Positions 14,838 through 21,895 of a DNA stretch of 35,252 bases are shown piece after piece; the first letter of the stretch is position 1, and each line of letters opens with the position of its first letter. Source of the stretch: Rhodothermales bacterium (lineage in GTDB: Bacteria > Bacteroidota > Rhodothermia > Rhodothermales > Rubricoccaceae); contig JBBSUZ010000001.1 in the NCBI GenBank assembly GCA_038233965.1, positions 1 to 35,252 of the forward strand, given 5' to 3'. The position numbers and the translations under genes were made by a program. The notes below the pieces were generated by a model. That model did no database searches. It had not been told where the DNA came from and saw nothing but the letters and a program-made list of their open reading frames with translations.

Positions 14838-16211
14838 ATGACCGCCTCCTTCCGCCGCGCGGCCGTTCTCCTCGCCGCGTTGCTCGCCGCCCTGCTCGCC
14901 GCGTTGCCCGCGTTCGCGCAGCGCGCGCCCGGCGTCCCGACGCTCACCGGGCGGGGCCCGGTCGTCCACGTCACCGTCGACGGGATGGTGGACAACGCGC
15001 TCGCGCAGCGCATCGCGCGCGCCGTGGACCAGGCCGAGGCGACCGGCGCGTCCGCCCTCGTCGTCCGCGTGGACACCTACGGCGGCCTTCTCGACGCCGC
15101 CGACGCCATCCGCACGACGCTGCTCGAGGCCGACGTCCCGGTCGTCGCCGTCGTGGACCACAATGCGGCCTCGGCCGGCGCGCTCATCACGTACGCCGCC
15201 GACACGATCGTGATGGTGCCCGGCGCGTCGATGGGCGCGGCGACGGCCGTCGACGGCGAGGGCGAGGCCGCGCCGGAGAAGATCCAGAGCTACACGCGCG
15301 GCCTCATGCGCGCCACGGCTGAGGCCAACGGCCGCGACCCGCGCATCGCCGAGGCCATGGTGGACCCGCGGCTCGGCGTGCCCGGCACACTCGAGGCGGG
15401 CCGCCTCGTGACGCTCTCCGCGCAGGAGGCCCTCCGCCTCGGCGTCGCCGACGCCGTGCTGCCGTCCGTCGACGCCGCCGTGGCGGCGGTCGGGCTCGCA
15501 GACCGGCCGCAGGTGACGTTCGGGACGAGCCCGGCCGAGCGTCTGCTCCGCGTGCTCGGCTCGCCGGCCGTCGCGGCCGTCCTGCTGATGCTGATCGTCG
15601 GCGGCCTCTTCTTCGAGATGCAGGCGCCCGGGCTGGGCGTCGCCGGGGCCGTCGCGGCCGGGGCCGCGCTGCTCTTCTTCGCGCCGCACTACCTGCTCGG
15701 CCTCGCCGAGTCGTGGGAACTGGTGCTGTTCGGCGTCGGCCTCGTCCTGCTGATCCTGGAGGTGTTCGTGATCCCCGGCTTCGGCGTCGCCGGCATCTCG
15801 GGCATCGTGCTCGTGCTGGTGAGCCTCGTGCTGGCGCTCGTCCCGAACGCGGGCCTCGACATGCCCGCGTTCCACCTGCTCGCGCGCGGCGTCGGCACGC
15901 TCGGCGCGGCCCTCGTGCTGACGGTCCTGCTCGGGGTGTCGGTCGCGCGCTGGATGCCGCGCTCGTCGCGCCTCAACCGCCTCGTCCTGATGCCCGACCT
16001 CTCCTCCGCGGACGGCTACACGTCCGCCGACACCGACCACGAGCTCGTCGGGCAGCGCGGGACGGCGGCGACGCCGCTGCGCCCGTCCGGCGTCGCGCTC
16101 ATCGCCGACCGCCGCATCGACGTCGTCTCGCAGGGCGCGTTCGTCGCGCCGGGCGCGGCCGTCGAGGTGGTCTCGGCGCGCGGCGCGCGCGTCGAGGTCC
16201 GCGAAGTCTGA
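14838..16211 (+). CDS. Long NfeD-family membrane-bound ClpP-class serine protease (protease domain, TM region, C-terminal OB fold)
   Basis: Start at the internal ATG at 14838 (MTASFRRAAVLLAALL, a signal-like sequence). ClpP-like core VDTYGGLLDAADAI...HNAASAGALITYAAD. Multi-TM middle region. C-terminal NfeD OB fold GQRGTAATPLRPSGVALIADRRIDVVSQGAFVAPGAAVEVV. Confidence 0.85.
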   Translation: MTASFRRAAVLLAALLAALLAALPAFAQRAPGVPTLTGRGPVVHVTVDGMVDNALAQRIARAVDQAEATGASALVVRVDTYGGLLDAADAIRTTLLEADVPVVAVVDHNAASAGALITYAADTIVMVPGASMGAATAVDGEGEAAPEKIQSYTRGLMRATAEANGRDPRIAEAMVDPRLGVPGTLEAGRLVTLSAQEALRLGVADAVLPSVDAAVAAVGLADRPQVTFGTSPAERLLRVLGSPAVAAVLLMLIVGGLFFEMQAPGLGVAGAVAAGAALLFFAPHYLLGLAESWELVLFGVGLVLLILEVFVIPGFGVAGISGIVLVLVSLVLALVPNAGLDMPAFHLLARGVGTLGAALVLTVLLGVSVARWMPRSSRLNRLVLMPDLSSADGYTSADTDHELVGQRGTAATPLRPSGVALIADRRIDVVSQGAFVAPGAAVEVVSARGARVEVREV

Positions 16212-16212
16212 C

Positions 16213-16779
16213 GTGGCGGTTGTAGAAACTCCCTCAACCTCTCCACCCTTCCACCTTTCGACCCTCCCCCCCGTGGAACTGCTGCTGCCCATCGCCCTCG
16301 TCCTCGTCGGGCTCGTGCTCGTGATCGTCGAGGTCAAGCTCGTGCCCGGCACGCACGTCATCGGCGTCGCGGGCATGCTCGGGATGGCCGTCGGCATCGT
16401 GATCGCGTTCGTCGAGTTCGGCCTCCTCGGCGGGCTGCTCGTGCTCGTCGGGACGGTCGCGGCCGCGGCCGGGCTGCTCTACGTCCTCTGGGAGTCGGGC
16501 GCGTGGGACAAGCTCATCCTCACCGACAGCCTCCGGCGCGACGCCGACGCCGACCGCGCGGCGGACGAGACGCGCGCGCGCATCGTCGGGCAGGCCGGGA
16601 CGGCGGTGACGCCGCTGCGCCCGTCGGGCGTGGCCGAGATCGGCGGCGAGCGCCTCGAGGTCACGACGGAGGGCGCGTTCGTCGCCGCCGGCAGCCGCCT
16701 GCGCGTCGTCGCCATCGACCGCCGCCGGACGATCGTCCGCCTCGACGATGCCCGGACGGATGCTCCCGAGCCTGCGTGA
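16213..16779 (+). CDS. Short NfeD-family protein (TM helices plus OB-fold domain)
   Basis: TM-rich N-terminal half and C-terminal GQAGTAVTPLRPSGVAEIGGERLEVTTEGAFVAAGSRLRVVAI. The start is uncertain: GTG at 16213 or GTG at 16273, after a pyrimidine-rich tract. Confidence 0.8.
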   Translation: MAVVETPSTSPPFHLSTLPPVELLLPIALVLVGLVLVIVEVKLVPGTHVIGVAGMLGMAVGIVIAFVEFGLLGGLLVLVGTVAAAAGLLYVLWESGAWDKLILTDSLRRDADADRAADETRARIVGQAGTAVTPLRPSGVAEIGGERLEVTTEGAFVAAGSRLRVVAIDRRRTIVRLDDARTDAPEPA

Positions 16780-16837
16780 TTTAGGAACCGCGCCCGGGGT
16801 CGGGCGGGTAAAGGGGATCCACTCTCCATCTCCCATC

Positions 16838-17599
16838 ATGGCCTCGTTTCTCTGTGCCGTCGCCGCCCGCGACGCAATGCCCCGCGCCTTCGCCCTCGTC
16901 GAGCAGTCCGGCGATGCGGCCGCGCCGTCCTACACGGTCCGCGTCCTGCGCGCTCTCGACGCCGGCGACCCGATCGCCGACCTTCTCGCAGCGGCTGCGG
17001 CCGACGAGCAGACGGCTGGCAACGTCCGCTTCGTCACGACGGGTGGCCAGAAGGCTGCGGACGCGCTCCACGCGCGCGGGCCCTCCGCCTTCGCCGTCAC
17101 CGTCGGGCCGCGCGCGACCGACGCCGCGGGCGTCTCGCTGCAGGTGCTCGTGGACACGTTCGAGCGCCTCTACCGCGACGGCGCCGTGACGGTGCCCAAC
17201 CAGATCGACGCGGGCGCCGTCGCGGCGCTCTACGCCGAGGCCGACCTCGACGCCGCCGCCCCGGGCGGCGACCGCGACCCCGATGGCACGCTCGAGACGG
17301 ACACGTCGGACGGGCCGAATCCGGCCGTCGTCGAGCAGTCCGGCAGCGCTGCGCCGCTCTCGACCGAGGTCGTCCAGCGCCCGCTCTCGACGGACGAGTT
17401 GTCCGCGATGGCCGTCGCCACGAACGTCCGCGTCGGGCGGGTGGCGGCCGCGACGAACGGCCCGGAGCCAGATCTCGGCGAGCACGCCGACACGGCGACG
17501 GCGCTCGCGCTCGCCGTCTGGTTCGCCGAGGCCTCGCGCGACGACCTCCTGCCGACCGACAAGGCCGACGAGGCGTCCGCCGCCCGGATGCGCCGGTAA
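16838..17599 (+). CDS. Hypothetical protein (253 aa)
   Basis: GC3-rich codon usage in this frame, while the opposite-strand ORF is Arg/Gly junk. No motif recognised. It sits directly downstream of the two NfeD genes. The start could be 16838 or 16877. Confidence 0.6.
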   Translation: MASFLCAVAARDAMPRAFALVEQSGDAAAPSYTVRVLRALDAGDPIADLLAAAAADEQTAGNVRFVTTGGQKAADALHARGPSAFAVTVGPRATDAAGVSLQVLVDTFERLYRDGAVTVPNQIDAGAVAALYAEADLDAAAPGGDRDPDGTLETDTSDGPNPAVVEQSGSAAPLSTEVVQRPLSTDELSAMAVATNVRVGRVAAATNGPEPDLGEHADTATALALAVWFAEASRDDLLPTDKADEASAARMRR

Positions 17600-17624
17600 G
17601 CCCGGATGCGCTGGTAAGACTGAC

Positions 17625-17655
17625 GGCGCGGCGGAGGAAAGGCCTCCGCCGCGCC
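17625..17655. terminator. Bidirectional GC hairpin between convergent genes
   Basis: GGCGCGGCGGAGG (17625-17637), a 5-nt loop, then CCTCCGCCGCGCC (17643-17655). This is a 13-bp perfect stem. Confidence 0.55.
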
Positions 17656-17661
17656 TGCTGG

Positions 17662-18021
17662 CTAGACGTCGCGCTCGACCTCGTCGCGGTTCAGCGACAC
17701 CTCGATCTCGTTCGAGAAATGGCGGCGGCAGGCGTCGCCGTCCGTCTCGAAGACGTTGATGAGCGCGAACCGGCCGCGCTCGCTCTCGATCGCGAGGCGC
17801 GTGAACGTGGCGTCGTCGGCCATCTGCTCGTGCGTCGTCTCGGCGGACGAGATCGTGCCGTGGTACTCGAAGAACGTCGCATACCGCGAGCGGATCGCGT
17901 CGCGGCCTTCGGAAACGCCGTCGAGCGCGACGAGCGTCGCGTCGTCGGTGTAGAGGGCGGTGACGGCGTCGGCGTCGCCGTCGAGCAGGGCCTGGAGGTG
18001 GCGGTCGGTAAAGGCAGACAT
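17662..18021 (-). CDS. SnoaL/NTF2-like fold protein
   Basis: Start at the internal ATG at 18021 (119 aa). MSAFTDRHLQALLDGDADAVTALYTDDATLVALDGVSEGRDAIRSRYATFF is a typical SnoaL-like N-terminal pattern. Confidence 0.7.
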   Translation of the reverse strand: MSAFTDRHLQALLDGDADAVTALYTDDATLVALDGVSEGRDAIRSRYATFFEYHGTISSAETTHEQMADDATFTRLAIESERGRFALINVFETDGDACRRHFSNEIEVSLNRDEVERDV

Positions 18022-18127
18022 GGCGGGAGGGGAGGGGAGCGGACCGAACGGGTGCAGACCGGGCCGCGGTTCCGGGGGCGGAGCTTGCACGCTGCGCGAT
18101 CTTGCAGGCCCGATCCTCCTCCGACCG

Positions 18128-19537
18128 ATGCCCACCTTCTCACCCGTCCGGTGCGGACTCGCCGCGTTCCTCCTGGCGGCCGCCCCGGCCGCGTTCGCGC
18201 AGACTGCCGTTCCGCCCGCCGCCGCGCCCTACGCCGAGGCCGCCGCCCGCATCCGCGCCGCCGCACTCGCGGACTCGGCCGCCTACGACCGCATCGCCGC
18301 CATCTCGGACGCCCACGGCTCGCGCCTGAGCGGGTCGGACGCGCTCGAGAACGCGATCGACGACATCCTCGCCCGCATGCGCGCCGACGGGCTCGAGAAC
18401 GTCCGCGGCCAGCCTGCGCTCGTGCCCGTGTGGATTCGCGGGACGGAGGCGGCGACGCTCATCGGCCCGGCCGGCGAGACGCCGCTCGCGATCCTCGGGC
18501 TCGGCGGTAGCGTCGGGACGCCGGGCATCGAGGCGCCGGTGCTCGTCGTGTCGTCGTTCGACGAACTCACGGCGCGGGCGTCCGAGGCAGCAGGCCGTGT
18601 CGTCCTCTTCAACGTGCCGTTCACGACCTACGGCGCGACCGTCCGCTACCGCGGCGGCGGGGCGTCGGCGGCGGCGCGCGTCGGGGCGGTGGCTGCCCTG
18701 GTGAGGTCCGTCACGCCGCGCTCACTGAGCACGCCCCACACCGGCACGATGCGCTACGCCGAGGGCGTCGAGCGCATCCCGACGGCGGCCGTGACGGTCG
18801 AGGCCGCCGAGCGGATGCAGCGCATGCAGGACCGCGGCGAAACCCCCGTCGTGCGCCTGCGCATGGACGCGCACACGATGCCGGACCGCCTCTCGCGCAA
18901 CATCATCGCCGAGATCCGCGGCCGCGAGCGCCCGGGCGAACTCGTCGTCGCCGGCGGCCACATCGACTCGTGGGACGTCGGGCAGGGCGCGATCGACGAC
19001 CTCGACGGCTGCGTCGTCGCGTGGGAGGCCGTGCGCGTGCTGCGCCGCCTCGGGCTTCGGCCGCGGCGGACGGTCCAGGTCGCGTGCTGGACGAACGAGG
19101 AGAACGGCAGCCGCGGCGGCGAGGCCTTCCGCGACTCGCTCGGCACGGCCGTCGCCGACGTCCAGCTCGCGCTCGAGAGCGACGAGGGCGTCTTCGCGCC
19201 GCGCGGCTTCGGCTACACCGGCGCCGCGGGCGGGATGGAGACGCTCCGCGCGGCCGTCGAGCCGCTCATCCGGGATGCCCTGGAGGCGGAGCCCGCTGCT
19301 CAGATCGGCATCGTCTCCGGTGGCGGCGGGGCCGACATCGCGCCGCTGATGCAGGCCGGCGTCCCGGGCCTGAGCCTCAACACGGCCAACGAGGACTATT
19401 TCTGGTACCACCACACAGAGGCGGACACGGTCGACAAGCTGAACCCGCACGACCTCGCGCGCGCCGTCGCCGCGACGGCCGTGCTGATGTACGTCGCCGC
19501 CGAGATGCCCGAGCGCCTGCCGCACGGCGCGCCGTGA
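18128..19537 (+). CDS. M28-family metallopeptidase (carboxypeptidase Q-like), secreted
   Basis: Start at the internal ATG at 18128, with signal peptide MPTFSPVRCGLAAFLLAAAPAAFAQ. Zinc-ligand blocks are GGHIDSWDVGQGAIDDLDG and WTNEENGSRGG. Confidence 0.9.
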   Translation: MPTFSPVRCGLAAFLLAAAPAAFAQTAVPPAAAPYAEAAARIRAAALADSAAYDRIAAISDAHGSRLSGSDALENAIDDILARMRADGLENVRGQPALVPVWIRGTEAATLIGPAGETPLAILGLGGSVGTPGIEAPVLVVSSFDELTARASEAAGRVVLFNVPFTTYGATVRYRGGGASAAARVGAVAALVRSVTPRSLSTPHTGTMRYAEGVERIPTAAVTVEAAERMQRMQDRGETPVVRLRMDAHTMPDRLSRNIIAEIRGRERPGELVVAGGHIDSWDVGQGAIDDLDGCVVAWEAVRVLRRLGLRPRRTVQVACWTNEENGSRGGEAFRDSLGTAVADVQLALESDEGVFAPRGFGYTGAAGGMETLRAAVEPLIRDALEAEPAAQIGIVSGGGGADIAPLMQAGVPGLSLNTANEDYFWYHHTEADTVDKLNPHDLARAVAATAVLMYVAAEMPERLPHGAP

Positions 19538-19542
19538 CGGAC

Positions 19543-19616
19543 GGGGATACGGGATGAGGGATACGGGATCGGGGAATCCAGTCTGCTCATCCCGTATCCC
19601 ATATGCCCCATCCCCA
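19543..19616. repeat. GGGAT-type repeat/palindrome between convergent genes
   Basis: GGGATACGGGAT occurs twice (19544-19555, 19558-19569). GGGATACGGGATGAG (19544-19558) is the perfect complement of CTCATCCCGTATCCC (19586-19600). CCCCATCCCC is at 19606-19615. Confidence 0.65.
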
Positions 19617-19621
19617 CTCCG

Positions 19622-20560
19622 TTACGCCGCCGTCAGCGCGGCCTCGACGAACGGCGCGTAGGCCGCCATGACCGTCTCGCGGGCGGCGTCCGACAACTCG
19701 ACGAGCGGCAGGCGGACGTGCGGGTCCATCCGGCCCATCACGCCCAGGACCGCCTTGACGGGGACGGGGTTGGCCTCGGTGAAGCTCGCCCGCATCGCCG
19801 CGAGCAGGAGGAAGTGGAGCGCGCGGGCGCTCGACAGGTCGTCGGCCATCGCGCGGCGGACGAGCTCGGCCGTCGCGCCGGGGACGGCGTTGGCGCAGAC
19901 CGAGATGAGGCCGTCCGCGCCGAGCGCGATCGTCGGGAGCGCGAGGTCGTCGTCGCCCGAGTAGACCGCGAAGCCCTCGGGGCGGCCCGCGAGGATGTCG
20001 GCGATCTGGTTGAGGTCGCCCGACGCCTCCTTGGTCCCGACGACGCTGGGCACGGCGTCGGCGAGGGCGAGCTGGGTGTCGGCGCGGACGTTCTGGCCGG
20101 TCCGGCCGGGGACGTTGTAGAAGATGACCGGGCAGTCCGTCGCGTCGGCGATGGCCGAGACGTGGGCGACGAGCCCGGCCGGCGTCGGCTTGTTGTAGTA
20201 CGGGCTGACGACGAGCAGGCCGTCCGCCCCTGCGTCCGCCGCCGCACGCGAGAAGGCGACCGACTGCGCGGTGTCGTTGGTCCCGGACCCGACGACGACC
20301 GGCACGCGCCCGGCGACGTGCGCGACGCACAGCTCGACGAGCCGCTGCCGTTCGTCCGCGGTCACGGTCGGGTTCTCGCCCGTCGTGCCCAGCACGACGA
20401 CGGCCTCGACGCCGGCGTGGTGGCCCATGCCCGGCGTCTCGGAGCCGCCGATGACGTCGTCGAGCAGGCGGCGGAAGGCGGCGGCGTCGACGGCGCCGTC
20501 GGGCGTGAACGGGGTGACGAGCGCGGGCGCAGTGCCGCGGAAGACGGGCTGGCGGGACAT
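19622..20560 (-). CDS. dapA: 4-hydroxy-tetrahydrodipicolinate synthase
   Basis: Start at the internal ATG at 20560 (312 aa). Motifs: ALVTPF, GTTGE, VVSPYYNKP, FYNVPGRTG and the active-site Lys context VVGTKEASGD. Confidence 0.95.
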   Translation of the reverse strand: MSRQPVFRGTAPALVTPFTPDGAVDAAAFRRLLDDVIGGSETPGMGHHAGVEAVVVLGTTGENPTVTADERQRLVELCVAHVAGRVPVVVGSGTNDTAQSVAFSRAAADAGADGLLVVSPYYNKPTPAGLVAHVSAIADATDCPVIFYNVPGRTGQNVRADTQLALADAVPSVVGTKEASGDLNQIADILAGRPEGFAVYSGDDDLALPTIALGADGLISVCANAVPGATAELVRRAMADDLSSARALHFLLLAAMRASFTEANPVPVKAVLGVMGRMDPHVRLPLVELSDAARETVMAAYAPFVEAALTAA

Positions 20561-20636
20561 CGGCGTGGAGCGTGTGGGGCAGCAAGATCGTACCCTGTCG
20601 CCCCGGCGCGGGTCCCGCCCCCACGCCCCATCCGCC

Positions 20637-20957
20637 ATGCTCTGGACCTCGATCCACGACTGGTTCTTCGGCCTCGGGGCCGCCTACGGCGTCGATCCGG
20701 TCGTCTTCGGCGCGATCTACGTCGGCGCGATCCCGTTTTTCACGCTCTCGCTCGGGCTCGTCGTGCGCAACCTGCGGCGCGGGACGTCGCCGGTCGGGCC
20801 CGCGCTCGCAGCGGCGTTCTTCTTCGTCTCGGCGTACCTGTACCTGCTCGTCGTCGGGCACGACATCCCGGCGTGGGTCTACGTCGTCGTCGCGGCGATG
20901 CTCGTCGGCGGCGCGTGGTCCGCCGTGCGGAAGGTCCGCGCCCGGACGTCTGCGTGA
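20637..20957 (+). CDS. Hypothetical small membrane protein (about 3 TM segments)
   Basis: The internal ATG at 20637 gives MLWTSIHDWFFGLGAAYGVDPVVFGAIYVGAIPFFTLSLGLVV... with three hydrophobic segments. It is divergent from dapA. Confidence 0.5.
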   Translation: MLWTSIHDWFFGLGAAYGVDPVVFGAIYVGAIPFFTLSLGLVVRNLRRGTSPVGPALAAAFFFVSAYLYLLVVGHDIPAWVYVVVAAMLVGGAWSAVRKVRARTSA

Positions 20958-20974
20958 GTGATGCGGTACGGCGT

Positions 20975-21010
20975 TCGAGGTTCTGGGTACGCCGTGACCC
21001 TGAACCTCGA
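20975..21010. terminator. Hairpin between convergent genes
   Basis: TCGAGGTTC (20975-20983) pairs with GAACCTCGA (21002-21010). It overlaps a second possible stem, ACGGCGT/ACGCCGT. Confidence 0.35.
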
Positions 21011-21023
21011 CCCCCGCACCGTC

Positions 21024-21773
21024 CTAGCCCACCGATTCGAGGACGTCGTCGAGGGTGAAGAAGCCCGTCCGGCCCTGCACCCACTCGGCCGCGGTGACGG
21101 CCCCGGCGGCGAAGGCGCGGCGGTCGGTCGCGCGGTGCGTGATCAGGATCTGGTCCACCGCCGACTCGAGCCCGACCGTGTGCTCGCCCGCGACGCGCCC
21201 GGCGCGCGTGCTCGTCACGTGGAGCGCGGCGGGGTCGATGCGCCCGTGGACGGTCTCGGACTCGACGCGCGTCTTGCGGTCGAGCCCGGCGACGAGCTCC
21301 TCGGCGAGGCGCAGCGCCGTGCCGGAGGGGCTGTCGAGCTTGGCTGTGTGGTGGACCTCGTGGACGTACGCGTCGTAGCCGCCGGCCTCGACGCTGCCGA
21401 GGCGGTCGAGCAGCGGCATCAGCCCGCGCAGTGCGCGCACGACGAGCGCGACGCCGAGCGAGAAGTTCGGCGCCCACACGACGGCCCCGCCGCCGGCGTC
21501 GACGCGCGCGGCGATGCGGTCGAGGTCCGCCGTCCAGCCCGTCGTCCCGACGACCGCGCGCAGTCCGCCGTCGGCGTAGCGCTCGAGGTGGGCGATCGCG
21601 ACGGACGGGTCGGAGAAGTCGACGAGCACGTCGACGCCGGCGAGGTCGGCGGCGGTGGCGTCGAGGAACGGGCGGTCGGCGTCGAAGCGGGCGGCGACGG
21701 CGTGGCCGCGCTCCTCAGCGACGGCGGCGACGGCCTGGCCCATCCGGCCGGTTCCGACGAGGGCGATGGTCAT
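21024..21773 (-). CDS. dapB: 4-hydroxy-tetrahydrodipicolinate reductase
   Basis: Start at the internal ATG at 21773 (249 aa). NAD-binding MTIALVGTGRMG and the signature EVHHTAKLDSPSGTA. Confidence 0.95.
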   Translation of the reverse strand: MTIALVGTGRMGQAVAAVAEERGHAVAARFDADRPFLDATAADLAGVDVLVDFSDPSVAIAHLERYADGGLRAVVGTTGWTADLDRIAARVDAGGGAVVWAPNFSLGVALVVRALRGLMPLLDRLGSVEAGGYDAYVHEVHHTAKLDSPSGTALRLAEELVAGLDRKTRVESETVHGRIDPAALHVTSTRAGRVAGEHTVGLESAVDQILITHRATDRRAFAAGAVTAAEWVQGRTGFFTLDDVLESVG

Positions 21774-21815
21774 GGGGGATGGGGGATGGGGGATGGGGGA
21801 TGGGGGATGGGGGAT
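21774..21815. repeat. Tandem heptamer (GGGGGAT)x6, which is (ATCCCCC)x6 on the dapB sense strand
   Basis: Six perfect 7-nt units read directly from the sequence. The last unit abuts the dapB ATG (cat at 21771-21773). Confidence 0.95.
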
Positions 21816-21848
21816 TCGACCGGGACGTCCCCGTTTGTTCCGATCCCG

Positions 21849-21886
21849 AGGCCGTAGAGACGTCCCGCTGGGGCGTCTTCGGCCTG
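21849..21886. repeat. REP-like imperfect hairpin with the AGACG(T/C)CCC...GGGGCGTCT core
   Basis: gaGGCCGtaGAGACGtCCCgctGGGgCGTCTtCGGCCtg lies immediately downstream of the thrA stop (21896). Its core is related to the hairpins at 9880-10023. Confidence 0.5.
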
Positions 21887-21895
21887 ACGTGGACG

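Noticed and set aside
21774-21815. A CRISPR array or coding tandem repeat as the explanation for the heptamer tract.
   Set aside because: The units are 7 nt and directly tandem, with no spacers, so it is not a CRISPR array. The unit length is not a multiple of three, and the tract lies upstream of the conserved DapB N-terminus (MTIALVGTGRMG).
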